Shown here: positions 1 to 15,022 of the stretch, piece after piece
How positions within the stretch are numbered: the first letter of the stretch is position 1
How the letters are laid out: every line of letters starts with the position of its first letter
NCBI RefSeq assembly: GCF_009914755.1
Contig: NC_060928.1
Length of the DNA stretch: 64,000 bases
Direction: 5' to 3' (one strand)
Source of the DNA: the human T2T-CHM13v2.0 reference genome, Homo sapiens
The notes under the pieces: generated by a model
Told to the model about the DNA's origin: nothing
The model's input: the letters and a program-made list of their open reading frames with translations, nothing else
Databases searched by the model: none
Program-made: the position numbers and the translations under genes

Positions 1-598
1 TGCCCTTTTTATAAACTAAAAAAAATCCAAATAATATATAAATTAAATAAAATATGAACCACCCCAAACTACCTCACTTTAAAATGTGGAGTAAACATAC
101 TGTTTTCGTAGTGTTTCACTTCTTGGTAGATACGCCTCTGCTGCAGGATGGCTAGGCACAAGGCCTTCCATGTCACAGGACTTGAGCTCAAGTCCTAGCT
201 TCTCTAGATGACAGAGCTTTTGTGATGCTGAGAAGTTTCCTATGCTTTTTCTGAGTGTCAATTAGTCTTAGTGATCAAACGGGACAGCAAAACCTTCTTT
301 ACAACAGGGAGAAGGAAACGACATCATTAACTTTCTCATTAATATTTAGATTACTGTTAGGATATCCAAGTATAAGGGAAATAAGGCAAATTTTTTTCCA
401 TGATTTTGAAACTGACAGAGATTTGATTTTCTAATATAATTTGTTAGAAAATTTTGATATGGACCAGACAAGTAAATATGGCAGACCTACCCTGTTTGTT
501 GTTTGATGATCAAAAAGGAGTTGTTATGACGGAACTAAGACTGATGGATATTACTGGATTTGTTTATATGTTATTTGGCTGAACTTTGAAGGATGTAC

Positions 599-1030
599 AC
601 AGATGTGTAGGTTAGGTGAGTGTGTGTGTCTGCATGGTTCCAGCCTGGGTGAGTGGGTGTGTACAAGAGCACCCTGCAGTAATGGAACAGCGTCCTGTCC
701 GGGGTGGGTTCCCATATTGCTCCCTGAGCTGCCAGGATAGGCTCCAACCACCTGCGGCCTCCACCGAAATAATTAGGTAAGTTATTTGACTTGTTTGTAT
801 TAATCTTTCTTAAACGTATATATAGCTCACATTAATTTCAATGTTTAATGTCAGAAGTGATTTATCTTTATTTAGGAGTTTGATGGTGTTTTTGTGTCCA
901 GAAATTTGCCATAGGACTTAATTCTTGCTTATATCAATTAGCCAATGGTAAAACTGGTTTTGTTATATGTTGTTTTGCTTCAAGTCACAGTTTCCAGAAA
1001 CTATTGATGAAGTTAAGTGAGGATTTACTG
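599..1030 (+). mobile_element. MER6A-like DNA transposon (TcMar-Tigger), left end missing
   Basis: Matches recalled MER6A consensus (gcgtcctgtccggggtgggttccc...tgagctgccaggataggctcc...tatagctcacattaatttcaatgtttaat...). Ends in the Tigger-type terminus gttaagtgaggatttactg followed by TA. Confidence 0.85.
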
Positions 1031-1072
1031 TATTATGTGCCCTCTGATGGAAGTACATACACATCACCATCT

Positions 1073-2050
<978 letters not shown>

Positions 2051-2085
2051 GAGTTTAATATTTCATCAGTTTTAAAAAGTATATA

Positions 2086-2427
2086 CAGTAGTCTCCTTTT
2101 ATCCGTGGTTTTGTTTTCCATGGTTTCAGTTGCCCACCACCAATTGCAACCCCAAAATACTAAGATATTTAGAGACAGAGAGAGAGGGAAAGAGAAAGCG
2201 AGACCATACCCACATAACTTTTATTACAGTATATTATTATAATTGTTCTCTTTTGTTATTAGTTATTGTTGTTAATCTCTTACTGTGCCTAGTTTATAAA
2301 TTAAACTTTTTCATAGGTACATAAGCATTGGAAAAAACAGTATATGTAGGGTTTGCTACTATCCGCAATTTCAGGTGTCCTAGTGGGGGTTTCAGAATGT
2401 ATCCCTGTAGATAAAGGAAGACTGCTG
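2086..2427 (+). mobile_element. MER44A-like MITE (TcMar-Tigger), full length
   Basis: Terminal inverted repeats cagtagtctccttttatcc... / ...gataaaggaagactgctg, with TA on both sides. Internal cacataacttttattacagtatattattataattgttct matches MER44. Confidence 0.9.
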
Positions 2428-3344
2428 TATGCTCATTTCAATAGTTAGTTCTCTAACTATGTTTTTCTGAATATGTGATCTAAATTTGTTGACTCTATCA
2501 CATTCGTAGATTTTAAGCATACTAAAATATTTGGCAGCTATTCCAAGGAGAATATAACAACAAACACTTCATATGACCATCAGACACAATTTTATCCCTA
2601 TACCTGTATATTTACTGTTTCATAAACCTATTTCTAAAAACATTGTTATCTATAAAGAAATATTAAATTTCAACTCCAATTTACAACTGTGCCTAATATA
2701 GTTTGGCTGTAACAAAAAAAGAACATTAAAATTTGCATTTTATGAGTATTCATGACTTGTTTTCAAAATATAATCATACTTGAAGGTGTGAAATGCACCT
2801 TCTATTTATTTTTACCACAAACAAGAAAAAAAACTACCAATATAACAAATGTTAAACACTTTTGAAAAAATCAATTTTTTCTCAAATTTTCATTATGATA
2901 TTATATTAACCCAGAATATGTTAGGGCAATAAAATAAATGAGAAAAACGTCTGGATTTTGGTATATGCCTGTATGCTTAATAAGAGAACCTACAGGGTAG
3001 GATATAGAGACATAGTAAGAAAATACCTTTTATTCTCTCTCTACTAGGCCCTATCCCTGGAATAGCTGTAGACTTTTTTTTTTCAAATGGGATTGTTTTA
3101 CGAACAGTGAAATAGACTCAGTTCAGTATCTCATATCTGCATTTGACACACAGAAAGAAAAATGGTTATCAAAAAATTACAATGGAATGACCCTCATTGC
3201 TAATAAGGAAAGACTTAAAAGCTATATTAGGAAACAGAAATGGCTGAGACTGACCTCTTTCTCCCTAAAAAGCTTATTCAAGTTCTTTTTAAATAAACCT
3301 GTAGGGTTGAATAGCTGATATAACTGATTATCATTTCGTACTCG

Positions 3345-3470
3345 TCCCAGCTGAAGTGCTCTATAAAACAGATCATGAGACGAAGCTTCCTTCACTGCTA
3401 ATAGCTTATTGGGAAGTACAATTCCAGGGAAGTGAAAGTGAAGGAAAAGGGAAGTGATACAAGGAGAAGT
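3345..3470 (-). mobile_element. Old ERVL LTR fragment (LTR16/LTR33-like)
   Basis: aaacagatcatgagacgaag...tagcttattgggaagtacaattccagggaag...gggaagtgatacaagg resembles the reverse complement of an LTR16/33 3' end. Confidence 0.4.
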
Positions 3471-3684
3471 AGGAAAAAATTTCAGCTACTGTCTTTAGGA
3501 ATACAACTACAGAATTTACATAATCTTTTTAAATTTCCTGTTTTGAACCATATTGTATTTAGATACCTAGTAATACTTTCTGTAAGGAAATTATCTTTAT
3601 TCAATTCTATGACTTATAACTTTAATTTTAAATATATTTAAAATGACACATAATAAAGGCAAAAATTGCTTTCCAAACCACACT

Positions 3685-3775
3685 CTTCTAGAATCATCTA
3701 GGGCCCTTGTTAAAAATGCAGGTTTGTAGGGCCTTGTGAGTGTCTTGTTAAGTATGTTCCTTGGAAACCACTGCC
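3685..3775. mobile_element. MER5-like hAT-Charlie fragment
   Basis: tagaatcatctagggcccttgttaaaaatgcagg is a MER5 motif. Confidence 0.45.
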
Positions 3776-4041
3776 CGACATCACCAATTGTTTGTAAACC
3801 CTGTGGTATAATTTAATATAGAGTATACCAATGTACTTGCTGTCAGTGTGAATAATTTTTTTTAAAAAAGATATGCTCATTTTGAAGTCCATCAAATGTT
3901 GGCAAATGTTGAGGGTTATCTGAAGACACTGGGAAGTAATCCATGGTGATCGTTAAAATAGCAAGGTTTCATCAATTATCTGGTATCTATGCTTTGTCAA
4001 AGTTAGAAATGTAGAGATACATTTCTAAATTAAAACTTTTA

Positions 4042-4432
4042 TGTGGGAAGAAAAATTGAAATTCAAGGCTGGTTGGTCTTTGGTATACCCAAAGAACAAA
4101 GAGGAGGTTGGAGGTGTTCTGAAAAAGAGAAATGATACACGCTGCTCTTTGAGAAAGTTCATTGGCACTAGAAAGGTTCTGGGGAGCTAGTAAGCTTCAA
4201 TTGGTGAGTGACAGTGGTGGGCAAAATTAGTCCTAGAGCTGCAGCAAGTTTTTTCAGCAGTTACAGAAAAAATTGGTCCCAGGTTACAACAGGCAGCCTC
4301 AGCATGCGGACTTGTAGAAAATTACACTTTTGGAGCAATGTGATGTTTCTTGAATGCTTTTCCTCCCAGGCTTCTTGATTGTTTTAGTTGGGTATAACAA
4401 GAATGACCCAATTTGTGTGATCAACTTTCACA
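4042..4432 (-). mobile_element. Solo LTR, ERV1/MER4-group-like (exact family uncertain)
   Basis: Reverse complement begins TGTGAAAGTTGATCACACAAATTGGGTCATTCTTGTTATACCCAACTAAAAC and contains CACTCACCAAT...AGTGCCAATGAACTTTCT, typical of an old ERV1 LTR. Confidence 0.7.
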
Positions 4433-6631
4433 GCCTTAAACATTCAAAGCAGCAGAAGCGCACTTTCTCTTTTGCCCACTGCTTTTACACTTGAAGATAT
4501 TTTGGGTAGAACCATTGTTTTGCTGCATTATTGAACAATGTCACTTAGCCTCAAATAATGGAATTAATACCTTCACTCAACAACTCACACCAGGAGGATG
4601 AAGGAGAGAGATAGTAGCCAAAAAGATAAAAGAAGAAACTAAAAAAGAACTTTGACTTAAGAGGAAAAAAAGGTTCAACTTAAGCACACACCCGTGTTCC
4701 AAAATGAAATCAAGCCCAGAACTCGTATTTAAATAAAAATAGCATAGACGTTTCAAAAATGTGAATATTCTCTACTTCTCTACCTCAGACAGGGGAGTGT
4801 GTACATAGTGTAGATAGTATATTTCACTAAGAGAATTACCATGTATTTTATTGATGCACTTAAAAATGAAGGCGATAGACATGAATACCTTGTTAAAAAG
4901 CAAGGTAAAGATATATTTCATATGTTCAATTTTCTATTATCAATTCCTAGTCTGCTCATAATGCCATTTTGGGGTGGGGAGCAAAGGGCATCTGATTCAA
5001 AATCAAACTAATCTCAATTTTTGATAAAATCTAAGGAATTTTATTTTTAAAACATTGAATTAAAGCAAACTTTGGATACTCTGATTTCTCTTGAGGTCAT
5101 AAATCCTCTGCCTTTTTAAGAGATCTATGTGGAGAGGAACAACTCTGGGTCTTAAACGAATTATTGAGGTCTTGTTTTGGAAAGGCTAGATATTTTGTTA
5201 AAAAATATAAGATTTCAAAAAACCTAAAACTTTGGACAATGTTATTTAATCATCAAAAGCAAAACAATATGCATATTTCAGAAATAACACTATATTTTCA
5301 GTCTTACTATTATGTATAAGAAAGAACAATATAAAAATAATGTAATGATTACATTTATTGTTTACATACTCTGAGGAGTATTTAATTGCATCCTAGTAAG
5401 TATATTCTGTCACATGAGAAGCCATAGAAATTGGCATGTTCTGCTGTATCCAATGCCCAAAGGATAATAAAGCATGATAAAATTACACTTAACGAACCCA
5501 ACCTCCTTTTCCAATTATATATGGTTAAGTTAAAATTCAAACTTTAATTTTTGGGAAAGTATAGTTATGGCTTAGATCTAAGGTAGAAATAAAATGACCA
5601 AAGGACTTGGTGCATTTAATATTCTATAACTTTAGAAATGCATCAAAGTGGCAAGCCCAGCATTAAGAGCTATTTGTCACAAAGGGCCTGTGGTTGAAGT
5701 CTGTTGGATCCATCTGTTCTTTCTGAGGCAATATGCAGACGAAAGGTAAGGGGAGTTGCAACATAATTTGTAATATTTGATACATTATAATACATGATAA
5801 ATTATAATATATTAGAAATATAATTTATAGCATTACATCTAGTAAGATAGATGTAAAAGGGAACAGGTAAGTGAAAGGGCAAGGCATAAGTCTTGTATAG
5901 AGTGACAGGTCTGGTACAGTCCTACTACCAAATCTATAACTATAGTATTTTGAATATTTTGCACTATTTCAATGTAGCAGTATTTTAGGTTTGGTTGGCC
6001 TGACTTTACAACAAGATAAAAAATTCCAAGTTTTAACAATGTAGTGACCTACTGTGTTTTAGATGTTGAAATCTATAATTTTCTATCAACATTTTCTACT
6101 AACCTGTAAAAGACATGCCTTAGAATGTGGGAACACACACAAACACATACATACTCACAGACACATACACACGAAGTACAGTAGACCACTGATGATCTCT
6201 GGTGCCACTTCCTGAGATCATTTTGAATGTTCTAATTAAAAAGTGCAAAGTATAATTTTTTGTCATAAATTATACATGCTATGCTATTATATATGCTAAG
6301 CCAAACCTAGCAACAAGGCTGAGTGAAGATGTGGCTCCTGGGTCATATGCTAGGCTTTCTTTCGGCAAATGGACTTGCTCTCCCTCAGTTATGTTACATA
6401 CCTACTCAGATCAGGTCTCAGCAAATGTACAAATTACTATGTCATCAGCCATCTGGATCACTTGGGAATAGTCACATTGGTGAACGCTGTAAGTCATATC
6501 TTAAATACATTATACATAATCCATACCTACAGATTGAGAATGCAAATCTATTTTAATTAAATGATACCTTTAGAGAACCCAGTCTTACACATAAATAACA
6601 TATATTTAGAAGCCATTTATGCTCTACTTTG

Positions 6632-6932
6632 TTTATCTTTTGTTTAGAGGCAGGGTCTTGCCCTATTGCCCAGGCTGTAATGCAGTGATACAATCATAGC
6701 TCACTGTAGTCTCCAACTCCTGGGCCCAAGTGATCCTCCAGCCTCAGCCTCCCAAATAGCTGGGACTATAGGCTTACACCACCATGCTCGGCTATTTAAA
6801 TTTTTTTTTTTTATAGAGATGAAGTTTCATTATGTTGCCCAGGCTGGTCTCAAACTCCTGGACTCAAGTGATCCTCCTGCGTCAGCCTCCGAAAGTGCTG
6901 GGATTACAGGCATGAGCCACTGCACCTGAGCC
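6632..6932 (-). mobile_element. AluJ
   Basis: atcatagctcactgtagtctccaactcctgggcccaagtgatcctcc carries J diagnostics. TSD tgctctactttg (6620-6631 / 6934-6945). Confidence 0.92.
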
Positions 6933-7644
6933 GTGCTCTACTTTGGATAATCTGTTACTATCTTACTGATTTTCTTGTCTTTTGCCCTTCTAGCTGTTTC
7001 TTTAGTCTTGGCAATCACCTTAGAGAGAGAGAAAAAGAGAAAAGATGAAATAAAAACAATTTATTTCAGTTTTTAAAGGTTTGGCAGTGGAGGAGAGAGT
7101 AAAGCTAATATATTAAATATATTTGGGGTTATTTTGGGGAGCTATTTACTAGTTTTATCTCTGAATTCAGGTTTAAATACATTCAACCATAAATTAAAAA
7201 ATAATTGGTGGATAAATCAGGAATTGGTGCAAAATCATTTTTAAGAAGAAAATGTCATTATATAGCAAAGAGGTAGTATGCTGCTTTAAATCCTTATTTT
7301 CCTTGGCAAGCCTAACAAGCAGGGCAGTGCCTGCTGTATTTATGGTAGTGCCATATAATTAGCTGACTCACCTAATAAGACTTCACAGCGCAGCAACAAC
7401 TGCCAGCTTTTTTTGTCCTGTTACTTGGATAGACTCGGTTGAATATACTAATGCACAAAGGGATATCTGGGAATAAACTATTTTTACTTTTCATGTCTAA
7501 GGGCTGATCCTCCTCTTCTAGAAATAAAATTTATTATGTATGTTAAACTATATTCAAATTTGTTTACTATTTTAAGCTTTCATGGATTAGAATCTTGAAG
7601 GTCAGCCCCTTGGGTAGTGACTGAATAAGACATTAACGATGTGA

Positions 7645-8051
<407 letters not shown>

Positions 8052-8874
8052 AGAGGCAGGTCTTAAAACTAGCAACTGGGTGAGAAATCAGTGGGGAGGG
8101 TAGGCTTTGACAAAGTAAGAGATAAAGAGTCTGCTTTCATATTTTAGAAAAACCCAGGGAATGCTGAAAAGCCCATAGGAAAGAAGAAATATGCTGTCAA
8201 GATGTTAGTGAGCCAAGGCCCAGGAGTTTGCTCTCAAAAACAGATGAGAAACTGGACTTAAAATCTGACTGGGAGAAAGTACTTTAGGCAAAACAAACTA
8301 CTCATATACAAAAGGATGGGCTCTGAAGCAGAGAGTGAAGGCAATAGCTTCAAGATCGGTGGATTTAAAACCTAGAAGTATCTTCTCTAAAAGATAAAAG
8401 ATTAAGAAAGGCTTTAAGATAGCTAGAGCAGGAATAAAGTAGTCAAGTGAATGTGATACCACAAGGTTCCAGAAGTTTCCATACTAATAGAAACAGATAC
8501 TAAGTGAAGTTTGAGGGGCCCTCACAATCTGGATAGAAAACTCTTCAAGTAGATCTCAACCTTCAGGCTGGAATATCTTTGCTTAGCTATCCCAGCCAGA
8601 GGACCATAGTGGTTGATTTCAAAAGGAGTTGCAATTATTCTATCTTGTAAATTCTCTCATTGTTAAGTTTTGTCACAGTTTGTTGTTGCTACTTTCTTTC
8701 AGTTACCTAGAAAATGTTTTCTCTGAAAACCTCTATCCATGCCTCAACAGATCGGAGATAAAAAAGGAATCATCTTACAAGATTATCAAGAAAGATAATG
8801 GGCTAGGTGTATCCTTAAAAGGTCATTCAAATGAAATATTAAAATTCTTACTTTTCTGTGTTATTCGGACATGG

Positions 8875-9062
8875 AATAACAATAACAGTTAATGTTTATT
8901 TGGTGCTTACTCTGTATTTGGTACCATTTCAAGAGTTTTATATGCATTATTTGATCTTAAAAAACAACTCTTTGAGGAAGTTACTACTGTCTCCATTTTA
9001 TCAGTGAATGAACAGAGATAGGAAGTCTGGCTCCAAAGCCCACACTCTTAACTATTATGCAA
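8875..9062 (-). mobile_element. MIR
   Basis: aataacagttaatgtttatttggtgcttactctgt...caactctttgaggaag...ccattttatcagtgaatgaac...tctggctccaaagcccacactcttaac. Confidence 0.75.
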
Positions 9063-9262
9063 TATTAGTTGTCAAATGTCTTGAAAAAAAAATCTGTGTA
9101 ATTACTAAAATATTACGCTGGGCTACTTATTAAGGTAAAATTACGTTTCAAAAAAATTAATCCTTTCCAAATGCAATGTTAACTATTCATGATGAAATAT
9201 CAGAACTATCTCTAATACCAATATTTTTATTGGAATAAAATAGGAGGTTAAAGGAAATGTTT

Positions 9263-9347
9263 ATATATATAAATGTGTGTATATATATGTATATACATAT
9301 ATATATACTATGCACACACACACATACATATCTATGTGTATATATAT
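9263..9347. repeat. Compound (TA)n/(CA)n/(TG)n microsatellite
   Basis: Directly visible. Confidence 0.85.
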
Positions 9348-10203
9348 GATTTTTTGCAAGGGCAAAAACCAGATTTTTTTTAAACACATAATCATTAAAT
9401 CTGCAAATATCAAGTTTATCAATTTTTTGTTACAGGAAAAAATAGTTTATTATAAATTCAATGCATAGCATTTTCTGGTTTAGACCTTTCCATTATTGTT
9501 CTGACAGAACAAAGACTATGAGGTTGTCAGAAATAAATTGTTCATTTTGTTTCCTAAATATGTGGCAAAGACATTGTATGTTTTTTGTTTGTTTGCTTGT
9601 TTGTTTGTTTTAGAATAGTTTGAAATGTCTTCAAACCTTTTGACCAACCAAGAAAGCTTTTGCCTGGGCACAGGCTTTATCTTTCTTAGCATTACACTAG
9701 AGATACTAATCCCTCCCAACAATTTCATTATGATTATCGCAATAAAATATAACGATCCATTAAGTCCATGGGGCAGATGTTTATTTATTTATAACCATGC
9801 CTTATTCCACAGAGAATTTAAAGAGGAATAAAAGATTATTTCCTCATTGCATCAAATGAATATCTTTTATTTTGTCTAATGTTGTATTTCTTTTTCTTTA
9901 ATTGGCACTAAATGTTTATTTGCATTCTTTTAATTACTTTTAAGGCATCCATTATTTCTGGATTACATTACTGAACTCTCAATAAATCAATACATAGTTC
10001 TGTATATAATTTTTTCAACATTTTTTCCTTCTTTAATTTGGTTCATTTGTATCTCCCTTTGCTGTTTATTGAGTAGAAATTCTGATTTTTGTAGCAAAGG
10101 GAGAACAAACAAACAACACACAGAATATTCTGTATTTAATGCTGCAATTGTCTCTATGGTTGCAATGTGTAGGTGGGGTGCATTCAAGTGGGCTTGTGGT
10201 ATT

Positions 10204-10236
10204 TGTGTGTGTGTGTGTGTATGTGTGTGTGTGTGT
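10204..10236. repeat. (TG)n microsatellite
   Basis: Directly visible. Confidence 0.95.
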
Positions 10237-10397
10237 TGGAAGAATATATATTGAGGATGATTCCTAATTTTATCACTTTGTTGAGGAACTGAAATTGTGG
10301 CTACACATTCACTCTAAATATTTTGTCTCACAGTCCCCTCCCTTCAACAATTATATACAGTACACTATTTGTTGGAAGCTCAGGAGAAAAAGGGCAT

Positions 10398-10625
10398 TTA
10401 AGAGCATGAGATTTGGTGGCAGACTGACCTAATAGTAGATGGTACCAGTGAGATCTTGAGCAACGTAAATGTTTCAACTGAAAAACGGTAACAATAAAAC
10501 ATTTTTCAGAGTGATGTTGTACTAAATGAAATGATATACATAAAGTAGCCTATAATGACCCATGCACAGTCATAATATCAAATATTTACTGAGCATCTAC
10601 TATGTGCTAGATTATTTTAAGCACT
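10398..10625. mobile_element. MIR (+) followed by a short L2/MIR 3' end (-)
   Basis: ttaagagcatgagatttgg...gatcttgagcaac...aaatgaaatgatatacataaagt, then atttactgagcatctactatgtgctag. Confidence 0.55.
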
Positions 10626-10788
10626 TTTGAAAATATAAGTATTTTGATAAATGTATATCATATATTGTCTTAATAAGATTATATTGTTGTTATATTTCAT
10701 CTTATTGCTAATTTTATTTTTTTAAGAAAACCTTTTTTTGGAAAGAATCGAAACTAAAAACCCAACTATTTAAAAAATGGAAACTTTT

Positions 10789-11075
<287 letters not shown>

Positions 11076-11354
11076 AAAGGAACCTTTTGCCTTACTTCGT
11101 TTGCTAGCTACATTCAAGTCTGCAATTAAGCTCGGTGTTTTGCCTTTCTCAAACTGTGCACAGGTCCTCTTGTTTGTTCCCCTTCTCTCTGTTGCCTAGG
11201 AATACAGCCAAAAACTTGAGTAATAGATGATAGATGGGTCTGTCACTAAGCACATCCTAGTGACATAGATAAGAAGCAAATGCTACAAAATTATAGGTGC
11301 AAACTACAAGTTGTGTTTTAATTGGTTTTAACAAGTACTTATAAGCAGAAGAAC

Positions 11355-11796
11355 TGTGAAAAATCTAACATTTTGTCCTACTTGCAAGCCTGCCAGTCTT
11401 TTGAGTGCTGGGCAAAGACACAATAGTGCTGGGTCAGAGACAATTAACTTTACTACTCACATTAATAGCATTAGCAAGAGTATCATGATTTTCTTGCACT
11501 GATTCCTCAAGCCGCAATTCCCACAGAAAAGCTCAGGTGACACCTACATGCTCAGTGGGTTGCATTAGAAAAGAGGAACGCAGAGCTCAGGAAACATGGA
11601 TATTTTATAATGGCCAGTAAAGATGTCCCTTTGCTTTAGAAAGAGGCACTACCTCTATCCAAGGCTGCAAGCACACCTGCCTTTTGTTTTAGAAGGAGAA
11701 ATGATTTCTATCTTCCAAGGCTGTTCACTATATGAAAAGACAGTCCCAAACAAAAGGCAGTTACTGACTTGCTTGAAAAATGTGCAGAAATGAGAC
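11355..11796 (-). mobile_element. ERVL-class solo LTR (MER54/MER74/LTR53-like)
   Basis: tctatcttccaaggctgttcactata...gacagtcccaaacaaaaggcagt...cttgcttgaaaaatgtgcagaaatgagac is the reverse complement of this LTR group's 5' part. Internal repeated ccaaggctg motif. Confidence 0.65.
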
Positions 11797-11819
11797 GCTG
11801 CTTGAATGTGGACAGCTGA

Positions 11820-12800
11820 CACAGGGACAAGGAGTAAAAATGATTAGGTTTTGAGCTTGACCAACTAGGAAGATAATTATTAGCAGTAGAGAAAAAAAGA
11901 ACAAAGTAGATTTTAGGGCAGATAAGCCATTTTTTAGGTAGGTTGAGTCTGAGATGCCTCCATAAATATAAGTTGAAAATATGAGATTGGAGTTGAGACT
12001 TCAGAAATACATATTTTGAGTAGTTACACTACAGAGGTAAGTCATCAGAGTTCATAAAATTAAAGTGAGAAAAAGAGGCAAGTGAAGAAAAACAAGATGG
12101 CATTGCATGAAGAACTTTCTTAGGAAGGAAGGCAGCAAAGAGGTAAAATTGGAGGTGTAGTCAGAGATGGAAGATGAAAAAGGAAAATAACAATATTTCA
12201 GAAATGAAATGAAAAAGGTCTTTTACTAAGTAATTGGTACTACTACTTGTCAGTTTCAAGTGCTGTAAAAAAAATGGGAAGAACCACACATGTGCACTTT
12301 CAGTACTATGTATTTTATGCTTCAGGGATGCATACCTGTTTAACAAAAGTATGTTTTTTCTCAAAGTGTGTTGAATAGTCCAGAAAAAGATGGAGGTAGA
12401 AGTCAGACTTCAGGAGATAAAGGAACCAGAAAGATCATTGAAGGCTGTGATGGTAGAAAACATTTTGACAAAGAGTTGTGCAATGAGAAAGCTAGGGGTG
12501 GGACAATTAATTTTGAGGGTAACAATTGGGGATTTGAGTAGATTTTTTGCTTCTGTTCTTTAATTGTTTTGTCTTCTTTTTAAAGAAACCAAGAGACTGT
12601 TAATGTAGTAGGAGCAGAGTTTCACAATACAGAGCAGAGAGGGTGTTGGTTGATAAAGAATTGTCTCAAATGAGAGGAAAAGAATGGAGCCAATAACAGA
12701 GATGATGTTTAATTTGGGAAAGGTGGGACATGTTAACATGAGTCCAGAGAACTAAAATGAGCTTATGGCATGCAGATGCTGAAGATGAAGAAAGGAAAGG
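11820..12800 (-). mobile_element. L2 relic (fragmented)
   Basis: Purine-rich, with L2 motifs: ggttttgagcttgaccaactaggaagat, gttgagtctgagatgcct, ggaggtagaagtcagacttcagg. Confidence 0.55.
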
Positions 12801-14658
12801 AAGGAAAAGGAGGAATTTATATTTATTTATTGAATAATCTTGTAAAACTGTTAATCACCCCTTTTTACTGACGATAAGACATAAATGTCAGAGGTGTTTT
12901 GCCTAAAGTAAAAAATTTGATAGTCAAGCTGGGTTTAAAACCATATCAGTCTTACGTCAAAGCATGTTTTAATTGCTGTTGTGTGGTTGTGATTTTAAGG
13001 GAAGAAGAAGAGTTTTATAATGGGTTCTCTGAAAAATAAAATATCAATTAGAAAGAAACAAAACAACTGCTGAGAAGCAGTGAATCCAAGCAGAATCTGA
13101 GTATCATCACTTTTTAGTTAAACTAACCAGTCCAATATCCTGATTTTTCTTTAACAGGCAAAGAATTTTTGAGTCTTTCCCATAGACTGAGTTCTTGTGA
13201 ACTATTTTACAGCAATAATGGCATCCAATCCTATAGATAACAATAACAAAGCTGCAGACCATTTTGTTGCCAGGTTTCTCCTCCAGGGTGGCTTTCCAGC
13301 TAGTTTGTAAACAAATAACTCAGGTGGCCCTGTCATGTTACATTAACTAAAAACCAAGTCTAAAGCACACATATAATAACATATGTGTGTGCAAACTGGC
13401 TTGCTTTCAAATTCCTAAATCATACAATTAAATTTTAAAAATAACTGTATTTGGAAACAAGAAAAAAGTCACTTTGACACCCAACTGATGTATATAAAGG
13501 AGACTGTGCATATGGGTTTTAAAATGAGATGAAAATTGAAATTTGATCTTTGAGATTAAAAACAATGTTATGTAAATCTATTTTTATTTAATTTTTCTGA
13601 AAAATATTGTATTTGCTTTATACCCTCTTGCTATACAAACTTATATTGTTTTGCTTACCCTCTTTTTTTATTCCTCCTACTTTTTCTTAATTTTGATATC
13701 TCTGAATTTAAAGTCTAGAGAATGATTCATCTTCACTAGTTCTATCTTTTCCAGTGCTAGTATTTTTGTTTTTGAGCTGTGGTTTCCCTATCCCATTTTT
13801 GAGATCTCAAACTATAATTTGGTGTCGAGTACCCAGGTATCTTATCTTTAAAGTGAAGACGTAGGCAGCACAAAGGTGCTTTTATTAGAACGTCCACTAG
13901 ATCAGAATGACCAGTGCACAAAATTTATTTTCCTAGCAGACTCACCAAATTTAACCTGGAAGAGAATGTCTGACTCTGTTGAATTTTCTTAGGCAAATAC
14001 AATATTTGAAAGTCACTGAATGTTTCAAACAAAATATAACAACATTCAGATAACAGAACTGTGTTATTGTTCTCATGTGTTTATGCCCAGAAAATAAGCA
14101 GACTGGAGCTTCTCTAAGATTAAAAGTCAAAACAGTATTACAATTCCAGCCCAGATTTGACTATCTAATCATTTAAACCTTAGTATCATCATCATCACCA
14201 CCGTCACTGCATACTCATTAAGTTAAAAAAAATTCCTTTAAAATAAATGGAAAAGAAAATATCTGTGTAAATAGATTAAAGCGATTCCTGCTCACCACTC
14301 CCTTTCTCCCTGGGGCAGGAGACTTGAGCACATCAAAGGAACTCATAGCGTTCTTGGAGTAAGTGTGAAAGCCACCGTGATGAACTAAATGAATGCTTAC
14401 ATCTAAAGAAAGATATAAACATATTACATTAAAAGGTGGCATGACATAATGGTATATCACTGATTAAGAAATGTGAGGCGACTTTCATGTGCCACTGATA
14501 AATCATTATAATTTGACATAGTAGATAATGCCCCTATATTTCATCTGCATACCTGGAAAATGAGGACTTTCAAAACATATTCCTGCCAGTTACAGTCAGG
14601 TATTGCAAAACAAGCATTTAGTGAGCATCTAAACTGAAGCTTAGAACTTCAGTTTTGT

Positions 14659-15022
<364 letters not shown>

